From: the human T2T-CHM13v2.0 reference genome, Homo sapiens
Direction: 5' to 3' (one strand)
DNA: 64,000 bases
Assembly: GCF_009914755.1 (NCBI RefSeq)
Contig: NC_060932.1
Part shown: piece after piece, positions 1 to 12,126 of the stretch
How positions within the stretch are numbered: position 1 is the first letter of the stretch
Layout: each line of letters opens with the position of its first letter
Program-made: the position numbers and the translations under genes
Notes under the pieces: model-generated
Seen by the model: the letters and a program-made list of their open reading frames with translations, nothing else
Database searches by the model: none
What the model was told of the DNA's origin: nothing

Positions 1-169
1 TCGTTGGAAACGGGAATGTCTTCATAGAAAATTTAGACAGAAGCATTCTCAGAACCTTGATTGTGATGTGTGTTCTCCACTAACAGAGTTGAACCTTTCT
101 TTTGACAGAACTGTTCTGAAACATTCTTTTTATAGAATCTGGAAGTGGATATTTGGAAAGCTTTGAGGA

Positions 170-186
170 TTTTGTTGGAAACGGGA
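170..186 (+). promoter_or_regulatory. CENP-B box in M1, mutated in this copy (C>T at 173)
   Basis: TTTTGTTGGAAACGGGA versus the intact TTTCGTTGGAAACGGGA in the next M1 copy (1363-1379). Confidence 0.9.
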
Positions 187-511
187 ATATCTTCAAATCA
201 AATCTAGCCAGAAGCATTCTAAGAAACATCTTAGGGATGTTTACATTCAAGTCACAGAGTTGAACATTCCCTTTCACAGAGCAGGTTTGAAACAATCTTC
301 TCGTACTATCTGGCAGTGGACATTTTGAGCTCCTTGGGGCCTATGCTGAAAAAGGAAATATCTTCCGACAAAAACTAGACAGAAGCATTCGCAGAATCAC
401 GTTTGTGATGTGTGCACTCAACTGTCAGAATTGAACCTTGGTTTGGACAGAGCACTTTTGAAACACTCTTTTTGTAGAATCTGCAGGTGGATATTTGGCT
501 AGCTTTGAGGA

Positions 512-528
512 TTTCGTTGGAAACGGTA
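512..528 (+). promoter_or_regulatory. Degenerate CENP-B box in M3 (CGGT instead of CGGG), seen in the M3 copies throughout
   Basis: TTTCGTTGGAAACGGTA violates the established core NTTCGNNNNANNCGGGN. Confidence 0.85.
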
Positions 529-853
529 ATGTCTTCAAAGAAAATCTAGACAGAAGCATTCTCAGAAACACCTTCGTGATGTTTGCAATCAAGTCACAGA
601 GTTGAACCTTCCGTTTCATAGAGCAGGTTGGAAACACTCTTTTTGTAGTATCTGGAAGTGGACATTTGGAGGGCTTTGTAGCCTATCTGGAAAAAGGAAA
701 TATCTTCCCATGAATGCGAGATAGAAGTAATCTCAGAAACATGTTTATGCTGTATCTACTCAACTAACTGTGCTGAACATTTCTATTGATAGAGCAGTTT
801 TGAGACACTCTTCTTTTGGAATCTGCAAGTGGATATTTGGATAGATTTGAGGA

Positions 854-870
854 TTTCGTTGGAAACGGGA
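854..870 (+). promoter_or_regulatory. Canonical CENP-B box in M5 (representative; recurs in each HOR)
   Basis: TTTCGTTGGAAACGGGA matches the 17-bp CENP-B box core. Confidence 0.95.
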
Positions 871-1191
871 TTATATATAAAAAGTAGACAGCAGCATTCT
901 CAGAAACTTCTTTGTGATGTTTGCATCCAGCTCTCAGAGTTGAACATTCCCTTTCATAGAGTAGGTTTGAAACCCTCTTTTTATAGTGTCTGGAAGCGGG
1001 CATTTTGAGCGCTTTCAGGCCTATGCTGAAAAAGGAAATATCTACCTATAGAAACTAGACAGAAGCATTCTGAGAATCACGTTTGTGATGTGGGTACTCA
1101 ACTAACAGTGTTGATCCATTCTTTTGATACAGCAGTTTTGAACCACACTTTTTGTAGAATCTGCAAGTGGATATTTGGATAGCTGTGAGGA

Positions 1192-1208
1192 TTTCGTTGG
1201 AAACGGGA
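1192..1208 (+). promoter_or_regulatory. Canonical CENP-B box in M7 (representative); the next box, in M1 at 1363-1379, is only 171 bp away
   Basis: TTTCGTTGGAAACGGGA at 1192 and at 1363, i.e. two adjacent B-type monomers. Confidence 0.95.
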
Positions 1209-4200
1209 ATGTCTTCATAGAAAATTTAGACAGAAGCATTCTCAGAACCTTGATTGTGATGTGTGTTCTCCACTAACAGAGTTGAACCTTTCTTTTGACA
1301 GAACTGTTCTGAAACATTCTTGTTATAGAATCTGGAAGTGGATATTTGGAAAGCTTTGAGGATTTCGTTGGAAACGGGAATATCTTCAAATCAAATCTAG
1401 CCAGAAGCATTCTAAGAAACATCTTAGGGATGTTTACATTCAAGTCACAGAGTTGAACATTCCCTTTCACAGAGCAGGTTTGAAACAATCTTCTCGTACT
1501 ATCTGGCAGTGGACATTTTGAGCTCCTTGGGGCCTATGCTGAAAAAGGAAATATCTTCCGACAAAAACTAGACAGAAGCATTCGCAGAATCACGTTTGTG
1601 ATGTGTGCACTCAACTGTCAGAATTGAACCTTGGTTTGGACAGAGCACTTTTGAAACACTCTTTTTGTAGAATCTGCAGGTGGATATTTGGCTAGCTTTG
1701 AGGATTTCGTTGGAAACGGTAATGTCTTCAAAGAAAATCTAGACAGAAGCATTCTCAGAAACACCTTCGTGATGTTTGCAATCAAGTCACAGAGTTGAAC
1801 CTTCCGTTTCATAGAGCAGGTTGGAAACACTCTTTTTGTAGTATCTGGAAGTGGACATTTGGAGGGCTTTGTAGCCTATCTGGAAAAAGGAAATATCTTC
1901 CCATGAATGCGAGATAGAAGTAATCTCAGAAACATGTTTATGCTGTATCTACTCAACTAACTGTGCTGAACATTTCTATTGATAGAGCAGTTTTGAGACA
2001 CTCTTCTTTTGGAATCTGCAAGTGGATATTTGGATAGATTTGAGGATTTCGTTGGAAACGGGATTATATATAAAAAGTAGACAGCAGCATTCTCAGAAAC
2101 TTCTTTGTGATGTTTGCATCCAGCTCTCAGAGTTGAACATTCCCTTTCATAGAGTAGGTTTGAAACCCTCTTTTTATAGTGTCTGGAAGCGGGCATTTGG
2201 AGCGCTTTCAGGCCTATGCTGAAAAAGGAAATATCTACCTATAGAAACTAGACAGAAGCATTCTGAGAATCACGTTTGTGATGTGGGTACTCAACTAACA
2301 GTGTTGATCCATTCTTTTGATACAGCAGTTTTGAACCACACTTTTTGTAGAATCTGCAAGTGGATATTTGGATAGCTGTGAGGATTTCGTTGGAAACGGG
2401 AATGTCTTCATAGAAAATTTAGACAGAAGCATTCTCAGAACCTTGATTGTGATGTGTGTTCTCCACTAACAGAGTTGAACCTTTCTTTTGACAGAACTGT
2501 TCTGAAACATTCTTTTTATAGAATCTGGAAGTGGATATTTGGAAAGCTTTGAGGATTTCGTTGGAAACGGGAATATCTTCAAATCAAATCTAGCCAGAAG
2601 CATTCTAAGAAACATCTTAGGGATGTTTACATTCAAGTCACAGAGTTGAACATTCCCTTTCACAGAGCAGGTTTGAAACAATCTTCTCGTACTATCTGGC
2701 AGGGGACATTTTGAGCTCCTTGGGGCCTATGCTGAAAAAGGAAATATCTTCCGACAAAAACTAGACAGAAGCATTCGCAGAATCACGTTTGTGATGTGTG
2801 CACTCAACTGTCAGAATTGAACCTTGGTTTGGACAGAGCACTTTTGAAACACTCTTTTTGTAGAATCTGCAGGTGGATATTTGGCTAGCTTTGAGGATTT
2901 CGTTGGAAACGGTAATGTCTTCAAAGAAAATCTAGACAGAAGCATTCTCAGAAACACCTTCGTGATGTTTGCAATCAAGTCACAGAGTTGAACCTTCCGT
3001 TTCATAGAGCAGGTTGGAAACACTCTTTTTGTAGTATCTGGAAGTGGACATTTGGAGGGCTTTGTAGCCTATCTGGAAAAAGGAAATATCTTCCCATGAA
3101 TGCGAGATAGAAGTAATCTCAGAAAGATGTTTATGCTGTATCTACTCAACTAACTGTGCTGAACATTTCTATTGATAGAGCAGTTTTGAGACACTCTTCT
3201 TTTGGAATCTGCAAGTGGATATTTGGATAGATTTGAGGATTTCGTTGGAAACGGGATTATATATCAAAAGTAGACAGCAGCATTCTCAGAAACTTCTTTG
3301 TGATGTTTGCATCCAGCTCTCAGAGTTGAACATTCCCTTTCATAGAGTAGGTTTGAAACCCTCTTTTTATAGTGTCTGGAAGCGGGCATTTGGAGCGCTT
3401 TCAGGCCTATGCTGAAAAAGGAAATATCTACCTATAGAAACTAGACAGAAGCATTCTGAGAATCACGTTTGTGATGTGGGTACTCAACTAACAGTGTTGA
3501 TCCATTCTTTTGATACAGCAGTTTTGAACCACACTTTTTGTAGAATCTGCAAGTGGATATTTGGATAGCTGTGAGGATTTCGTTGGAAACGGGAATGTCT
3601 TCATAGAAAATTTAGACAGAAGCATTCTCAGAACCTTGATTGTGATGTGTGTTCTCCACTAACAGAGTTGAACCTTTCTTTTGACAGAACTGTTCTGAAA
3701 CATTCTTTTTATAGAATCTGGAAGTGGATATTTGGAAAGCTTTGAGGATTTCGTTGGAAACGGGAATATCTTCAAATCAAATCTAGCCAGAAGCATTCTA
3801 AGAAACATCTTAGGGATGTTTACATTCAAGTCACAGAGTTGAACATTCCCTTTCACAGAGCAGGTTTGAAACAATCTTCTCGTACTATCTGGCAGTGGAC
3901 ATTTTGAGCTCCTTGGGGCCTATGCTGAAAAAGGAAATATCTTCCGACAAAAACTAGACAGAAGCATTCGCAGAATCACGTTTGTGATGTGTGCACTCAA
4001 CTGTCAGAATTGAACCTTGGTTTGGACAGAGCACTTTTGAAACACTCTTTTTGTAGAATCTGCAGGTGGATATTTGGCTAGCTTTGAGGATTTCGTTGGA
4101 AACGGTAATGTCTTCAAAGAAAATCTAGACAGAAGCATTCTCAGAAACACCTTCGTGATGTTTGCAATCAAGTCACAGAGTTGAACCTTCCGTTTCATAG

Positions 4201-4644
4201 AGCAGGTTGGAAACACTCTTTTTGTAGTATCTGGAAGTGGACATTTGGAGGGCTTTGTAGCCTATGTGGAAAAAGGAAATATCTTCCCATGAATGCGAGA
4301 TAGAAGTAATCTCAGAAACATGTTTATGCTGTATCTACTCAACTAACTGTGCTGAACATTTCTATTGATAGAGCAGTTTTGAGACACTCTTCTTTTGGAA
4401 TCTGCAAGTGGATATTTGGATAGATTTGAGGATTTCGTTGGAAACGGGATTATATATCAAAAGTAGACAGCAGCATTCTCAGAAACTTCTTTGTGATGTT
4501 TGCATCCAGCTCTCAGAGTTGAACATTCCCTTTCATACAGTAGGTTTGAAACCCTCTTTTTATAGTGTCTGGAAGCGGGCATTTGGAGCGCTTTCAGGCC
4601 TATGCTGAAAAAGGAAATATCTACCTATAGAAACTAGACAGAAG

Positions 4645-5999
4645 CATTCTGAGAATCACGTTTGTGATGTGGGTACTCAACTAACAGTGTTGATCCATTC
4701 TTTTGATACAGCAGTTTTGAACCACACTTTTTGTAGAATCTGCAAGAGGATATTTGGATAGCTGTGAGGATTTCGTTGGAAACGGGAATGTCTTTAAAGA
4801 AAATCTAGACAGAAGCATTCTCAGAAACACCTTCATGATGTTTGCAATCAAGTCACAGAGTTGAACCTTCCGTTTCATAGAGCAGGTTGGAAACACTCTT
4901 TTTGTAGTATCTGGAAGTGGACATTTGGAGCGCTTTCAGGCCTATGGTGAAAAAGGAAATATCTTCCCATAAAAACGACATAGAAGCTATCTCAGGAACT
5001 TGTTTATGATGCATCTAATCAACTAACAGTGTTGAACCTTTGTACTGACAGAGCAGTTTGAAACACTCTTTTTTTGGAATCTGCAAGTGGATATTTGGAT
5101 CGCTTTGAGGATTTCGTTGGAAACGGGATGCAATATAAAACGTACACAGCAGCATACTCAGAAAATACTTTGCCATATTTCCATTCAAGTCACAGAGTGG
5201 AACATTCCCATTCATAGAGCAGGTTTGAAACACTCTTTTTGGAGTATCTGGAAGTGGACATTTGGAGCGCTTTCTGAACTATGGTGAAAAAGGAAATATC
5301 TTCCAATGAAAACAAGACAGAAGCATTCTGAGAAACTTATTTGTGATGTGTGTCCTCAACAAACGGACTTGAACCTTTCGTTTCATGCAGTACTTCTGGA
5401 ACACTCTTTTTGAAGATTCTGCATGTGGATATTTGGATAGCTTTGAGGATTTCGTTGGAAACGGGCTTACATGTAAAAATTAGACAGCAGCATTCTCAGA
5501 AACTTCTTTGTGGTGTCTGCATTCAAGTCACAGAATTGAACATCCCCTCACATAGAGCAGTTGTGCAGCACTCTATTTGTAGTATCTGGAAGTGGACATT
5601 TGGAGGGCTTTGTAGCCTATCTGGAAAAAGGAAATATCTTCCCATGAATGCGAGATAGAAGTAATCTCAGAAACATGTTTATGCTGTATCTACTCAACTA
5701 ACTGTGCTGAACATTTCTATTGATAGAGCAGTTTTGAGACACTCTTCTTTTGGAATCTGCAAGTGGATATTTGGATAGATTTGAGGATTTCGTTGGAAAC
5801 GGGATTATATATAAAAAGTAGACAGCAGCATTCTCAGAAACTTCTTTGTGATGTTTGCATCCAGCTCTCAGAGTTGAACATTCCCTTTCATAGAGTAGGT
5901 TTGAAACCCTCTTTTTATAGTGTCTGGAAGTGGGCATTTGGAGCGCTTTCAGGCCTATGCTGAAAAAGGAAATATCTACCTATAGAAACTAGACAGAAG
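4645..5999 (+). repeat. 8-mer HOR variant copy 1 (1355 bp): hybrid M7/M3, M4', X1-X4, M5, M6
   Basis: Contains monomers absent from the 7-mer (GAAGCTATCTCAGGAACT, GCAGCATACTCAGAAAATAC, GAGAAACTTATTTG, CTTTGTGGTGTCTGC). The M7-to-M7 distance is 1355. Confidence 0.95.
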
Positions 6000-8900
6000 C
6001 ATTCTGAGAATCACGTTTGTGATGTGGGTACTCAACTAACAGTGTTGATCCATTCTTTTGATACAGCAGTTTTGAACCACACTTTTTGTAGAATCTGCAA
6101 GTGGATGTTTGGATAGCTGTGAGGATTTCGTTGGAAACGGGAATGTCTTCATAGAAAATTTAGACAGAAGCATTCTCAGAACCTTGATTGTGATGTGTGT
6201 TCTCCACTAACAGAGTTGAACCTTTCTTTTGACAGAACTGTTCTGAAACATTCTTTTTATAGAATCTGGAAGTGGATATTTGGAAAGCTTTGAGGATTTC
6301 GTTGGAAACGGGAATATCTTCAAATCAAATCTAGCCAGAAGCATTCTAAGAAACATCTTAGGGATGTTTACATTCAAGTCACAGAGTTGAACATTCCCTT
6401 TCACAGAGCAGGTTTGAAACAATCTTCTCGTACTATCTGGCAGTGGACATTTTGAGCTCCTTGGGGCCTATGCTGAAAAAGGAAATATCTTCCGACAAAA
6501 ACTAGACAGAAGCATTCGCAGAATCACGTTTGTGATGTGTGCACTCAACTGTCAGAATTGAACCTTGGTTTGGACAGAGCACTTTTGAAACACTCTTTTT
6601 GTAGAATCTGCAGGTGGATATTTGGCTAGCTTTGAGGATTTCGTTGGAAACGGTAATGTCTTCAAAGAAAATCTAGACAGAAGCATTCTCAGAAACACCT
6701 TCGTGATGTTTGCAATCAAGTCACAGAGTTGAACCTTCCGTTTCATAGAGCAGGTTGGAAACACTCTTTTTGTAGTATCTGGAAGTGGACATTTGGAGGG
6801 CTTTGTAGCCTATCTGGAAAAAGGAAATATCTTCCCATGAATGCGAGATAGAAGTAATCTCAGAAACATGTTTATGCTGTATCTACTCAACTAACTGTGC
6901 TGAACATTTCTATTGATAGAGCAGTTTTGAGACACTCTTCTTTTGGAATCTGCAAGTGGATATTTGGATAGATTTGAGGATTTCGTTGGAAACGGGATTA
7001 TATATCAAAAGTAGACAGCAGCATTCTCAGAAACTTCTTTGTGATGTTTGCATCCAGCTCTCAGAGTTGAACATTCCCTTTCATAGAGTAGGTTTGAAAC
7101 CCTCTTTTTATAGTGTCTGGAAGCGGCCATTTGGAGCGCTTTCAGGCCTATGCTGAAAAAGGAAATATCTACCTATAGAAACTAGACAGAAGCATTCTGA
7201 GAATCACGTTTGTGATGTGGGTACTCAACTAACAGTGTTGATCCATTCTTTTGATACAGCAGTTTTGAACCACACTTTTTGTAGAATCTGCAAGTGGATA
7301 TTTGGATAGCTGTGAGGATTTCGTTGGAAACGGGAATGTCTTCATAGAAAATTTAGACAGAAGCATTCTCAGAACCTTGATTGTGATGTGTGTTCTCCAC
7401 TAACAGAGTTGAACCTTTCTTTTGACAGAACTGTTCTGAAACATTCTTGTTATAGAATCTGGAAGTGGATATTTGGAAAGCTTTGAGGATTTCGTTGGAA
7501 ACGGGAATATCTTCAAATCACATCTAGCCAGAAGCATTCTAAGAAACATCTTAGGGATGTTTACATTCAAGTCACAGAGTTGAACATTCCCTTTCACAGA
7601 GCAGGTTTGAAACAATCTTCTCGTACTATCTGGCAGTGGACATTTTGAGCTCCTTGGGGCCTATGCTGAAAAAGGAAATATCTTCCGACAAAAACTAGAC
7701 AGAAGCATTCGCAGAATCACGTTTGTGATGTGTGCACTCAACTGTCAGAATTGAACCTTGGTTTGGACAGAGCACTTTTGAAACACTCTTTTTGTAGAAT
7801 CTGCAGGTGGATATTTGGCTAGCTTTGAGGATTTCGTTGGAAACGGTAATGTCTTCAAAGAAAATCTAGACAGAAGCATTCTCAGAAACACCTTCGTGAT
7901 GTTTGCAATCAAGTCACAGAGTTGAACCTTCCGTTTCATAGAGCAGGTTGGAAACACTCTTTTTGTAGTATCTGGAAGTGGACATTTGGAGGGCTTTGTA
8001 GCCTATCTGGAAAAAGGAAATATCTTCCCATGAATGCGAGATAGAAGTAATCTCAGAAACATGTTTATGCTGTATCTACTCAACTAACTGTGCTGAACAT
8101 TTCTATTGATAGAGCAGTTTTGAGACACTCTTCTTTTGGAATCTGCAAGTGGATATTTGGATAGATTTGAGGATTTCGTTGGAAACGGGATTATATATAA
8201 AAAGTAGACAGCAGCATTCTCAGAAACTTCTTTGTGATGTTTGCATCCAGCTCTCAGAGTTGAACATTCCCTTTCATAGAGTAGGTTTGAAACCCTCTTT
8301 TTATAGTGTCTGGAAGCGGGCATTTGGAGCGCTTTCAGGCCTATGCTGAAAAAGGAAATATCTACCTATAGAAACTAGACAGAAGCATTCTGAGAATCAC
8401 GTTTGTGATGTGGGTACTCAACTAACAGTGTTGATCCATTCTTTTGATACAGCAGTTTTGAACCACACTTTTTGTAGAATCTGCAAGTGGATATTTGGAT
8501 AGCTGTGAGGATTTCGTTGGAAACGGGAATGTCTTCATAGAAAATTTAGACAGAAGCATTCTCAGAACCTTGATTGTGATGTGTGTTCTCCACTAACAGA
8601 GTTGAACCTTTCTTTTGACAGAACTGTTCTGAAACATTCTTTTTATAGAATCTGGAAGTGGATATTTGGAAAGCTTTGAGGATTTCGTTGGAAACGGGAA
8701 TATCTTCAAATCAAATCTAGCCAGAAGCATTCTAAGAAACATCTTAGGGATGTTTACATTCAAGTCACAGAGTTGAACATTCCCTTTCACAGAGCAGGTT
8801 TGAAACAATCTTCTCGTACTATCTGGCAGGGGACATTTTGAGCTCCTTGGGGCCTATGCTGAAAAAGGAAATATCTTCCGACAAAAACTAGACAGAAGCA

Positions 8901-10771
8901 TTCGCAGAATCACGTTTGTGATGTGTGCACTCAACTGTCAGAATTGAACCTTGGTTTGGACAGAGCACTTTTGAAACACTCTTTTTGTAGAATCTGCAGG
9001 TGGATATTTGGCTAGCTTTGAGGATTTCGTTGGAAACGGTAATGTCTTCAAAGAAAATCTAGACAGAAGCATTCTCAGAAACACCTTCGTGATGTTTGCA
9101 ATCAAGTCACAGAGTTGAACCTTCCGTTTCATAGAGCAGGTTGGAAACACTCTTTTTGTAGTATCTGGAAGTGGACATTTGGAGGGCTTTGTAGCCTATC
9201 TGGAAAAAGGAAATATCTTCCCATGAATGCGAGATAGAAGTAATCTCAGAAAGATGTTTATGCTGTATCTACTCAACTAACTGTGCTGAACATTTCTATT
9301 GATAGAGCAGTTTTGAGACACTCTTCTTTTGGAATCTGCAAGTGGATATTTGGATAGATTTGAGGATTTCGTTGGAAACGGGATTATATATCAAAAGTAG
9401 ACAGCAGCATTCTCAGAAACTTCTTTGTGATGTTTGCATCCAGCTCTCAGAGTTGAACATTCCCTTTCATAGAGTAGGTTTGAAACCCTCTTTTTATAGT
9501 GTCTGGAAGCGGGCATTTGGAGCGCTTTCAGGCCTATGCTGAAAAAGGAAATATCTACCTATAGAAACTAGACAGAAGCATTCTGAGAATCACGTTTGTG
9601 ATGTGGGTACTCAACTAACAGTGTTGATCCATTCTTTTGATACAGCAGTTTTGAACCACACTTTTTGTAGAATCTGCAAGTGGATATTTGGATAGCTGTG
9701 AGGATTTCGTTGGAAACGGGAATGTCTTCATAGAAAATTTAGACAGAAGCATTCTCAGAACCTTGATTGTGATGTGTGTTCTCCACTAACAGAGTTGAAC
9801 CTTTCTTTTGACAGAACTGTTCTGAAACATTCTTTTTATAGAATCTGGAAGTGGATATTTGGAAAGCTTTGAGGATTTCGTTGGAAACGGGAATATCTTC
9901 AAATCAAATCTAGCCAGAAGCATTCTAAGAAACATCTTAGGGATGTTTACATTCAAGTCACAGAGTTGAACATTCCCTTTCACAGAGCAGGTTTGAAACA
10001 ATCTTCTCGTACTATCTGGCAGTGGACATTTTGAGCTCCTTGGGGCCTATGCTGAAAAAGGAAATATCTTCCGACAAAAACTAGACAGAAGCATTCGCAG
10101 AATCACGTTTGTGATGTGTGCACTCAACTGTCAGAATTGAACCTTGGTTTGGACAGAGCACTTTTGAAACACTCTTTTTGTAGAATCTGCAGGTGGATAT
10201 TTGGCTAGCTTTGAGGATTTCGTTGGAAACGGTAATGTCTTCAAAGAAAATCTAGACAGAAGCATTCTCAGAAACACCTTCGTGATGTTTGCAATCAAGT
10301 CACAGAGTTGAACCTTCCGTTTCATAGAGCAGGTTGGAAACACTCTTTTTGTAGTATCTGGAAGTGGACATTTGGAGGGCTTTGTAGCCTATGTGGAAAA
10401 AGGAAATATCTTCCCATGAATGCGAGATAGAAGTAATCTCAGAAACATGTTTATGCTGTATCTACTCAACTAACTGTGCTGAACATTTCTATTGATAGAG
10501 CAGTTTTGAGACACTCTTCTTTTGGAATCTGCAAGTGGATATTTGGATAGATTTGAGGATTTCGTTGGAAACGGGATTATATATCAAAAGTAGACAGCAG
10601 CATTCTCAGAAACTTCTTTGTGATGTTTGCATCCAGCTCTCAGAGTTGAACATTCCCTTTCATAGAGTAGGTTTGAAACCCTCTTTTTATAGTGTCTGGA
10701 AGCGGGCATTTGGAGCGCTTTCAGGCCTATGCTGAAAAAGGAAATATCTACCTATAGAAACTAGACAGAAG
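6000..10771 (+). repeat. 7-mer HOR run, 4 units
   Basis: 4772 = 4x1193. Confidence 0.95.
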
Positions 10772-12126
10772 CATTCAGAGAATCACGTTTGTGATGTGGG
10801 TACTCAACTAACAGTGTTGATCCATTCTTTTGATACAGCAGTTTTGAACCACACTTTTTGTAGAATCTGCAAGAGGATATTTGGATAGCTGTGAGGATTT
10901 CGTTGGAAACGGGAATGTCTTTAAAGAAAATCTAGACAGAAGCATTCTCAGAAACACCTTCATGATGTTTGCAATCAAGTCACAGAGTTGAACCTTCCGT
11001 TTCATAGAGCAGGTTGGAAACACTCTTTTTGTAGTATCTGGAAGTGGACATTTGGAGCGCTTTCAGGCCTATGGTGAAAAAGGAAATATCTTCCCATAAA
11101 AACGACATAGAAGCTATCTCAGGAACTTGTTTATGATGCATCTAATCAACTAACAGTGTTGAACCTTTGTACTGACAGAGCAGTTTGAAACACTCTTTTT
11201 TTGGAATCTGCAAGTGGATATTTGGATCGCTTTGAGGATTTCGTTGGAAACGGGATGCAATATAAAACGTACACAGCAGCATACTCAGAAAATACTTTGC
11301 CATATTTCCATTCAAGTCACAGAGTGGAACATTCCCATTCATAGAGCAGGTTTGAAACACTCTTTTTGGAGTATCTGGAAGTGGACATTTGGAGCGCTTT
11401 CTGAACTATGGTGAAAAAGGAAATATCTTCCAATGAAAACAAGACAGAAGCATTCTGAGAAACTTATTTGTGATGTGTGTCCTCAACAAACGGACTTGAA
11501 CCTTTCGTTTCATGCAGTACTTCTGGAACACTCTTTTTGAAGATTCTGCATGTGGATATTTGGATAGCTTTGAGGATTTCGTTGGAAACGGGCTTACATG
11601 TAAAAATTAGACAGCAGCATTCTCAGAAACTTCTTTGTGGTGTCTGCATTCAAGTCACAGAATTGAACATCCCCTCACATAGAGCAGTTGTGCAGCACTC
11701 TATTTGTAGTATCTGGAAGTGGACATTTGGAGGGCTTTGTAGCCTATCTGGAAAAAGGAAATATCTTCCCATGAATGCGAGATAGAAGTAATCTCAGAAA
11801 CATGTTTATGCTGTATCTACTCAACTAACTGTGCTGAACATTTCTATTGATAGAGCAGTTTTGAGACACTCTTCTTTTGGAATCTGCAAGTGGATATTTG
11901 GATAGATTTGAGGATTTCGTTGGAAACGGGATTATATATAAAAAGTAGACAGCAGCATTCTCAGAAACTTCTTTGTGATGTTTGCATCCAGCTCTCAGAG
12001 TTGAACATTCCCTTTCATAGAGTAGGTTTGAAACCCTCTTTTTATAGTGTCTGGAAGTGGGCATTTGGAGCGCTTTCAGGCCTATGCTGAAAAAGGAAAT
12101 ATCTACCTATAGAAACTAGACAGAAG
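10772..12126 (+). repeat. 8-mer HOR variant copy 2
   Basis: Near-identical to 4645-5999 at an offset of 6127. Confidence 0.95.

Larger units (their letters stand above)
44..1236 (+). repeat. Reference copy of the dominant 7-mer HOR unit (1193 bp)
   Basis: Monomer starts at 44, 215, 386, 557, 728, 895 and 1066, with the next M1 at 1237. Lengths 171,171,171,171,167,171,171 sum to 1193. The ORF track repeats at the same 1193-bp period. Confidence 0.97.
1..4644 (+). repeat. 7-mer HOR run (partial unit plus 3 full units counted from M7 at 1066)
   Basis: 1193-bp periodicity; 4645-1066 = 3x1193. Confidence 0.95.

Noticed and set aside
871-884. TATA-like TTATATATAAAAAG after the M5 CENP-B box
   Set aside because: It is an AT-rich monomer end that is polymorphic (TATATCAAAA in most copies). 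The sequence alone gives no evidence of promoter function.
4645-7192. Reading 7-mer + 8-mer as a single 15-mer HOR
   Set aside because: The 8-mers also occur as three in tandem (52509-56575) and with 1, 3, 4 or more than 30 intervening units, so there is no fixed 15-mer period.
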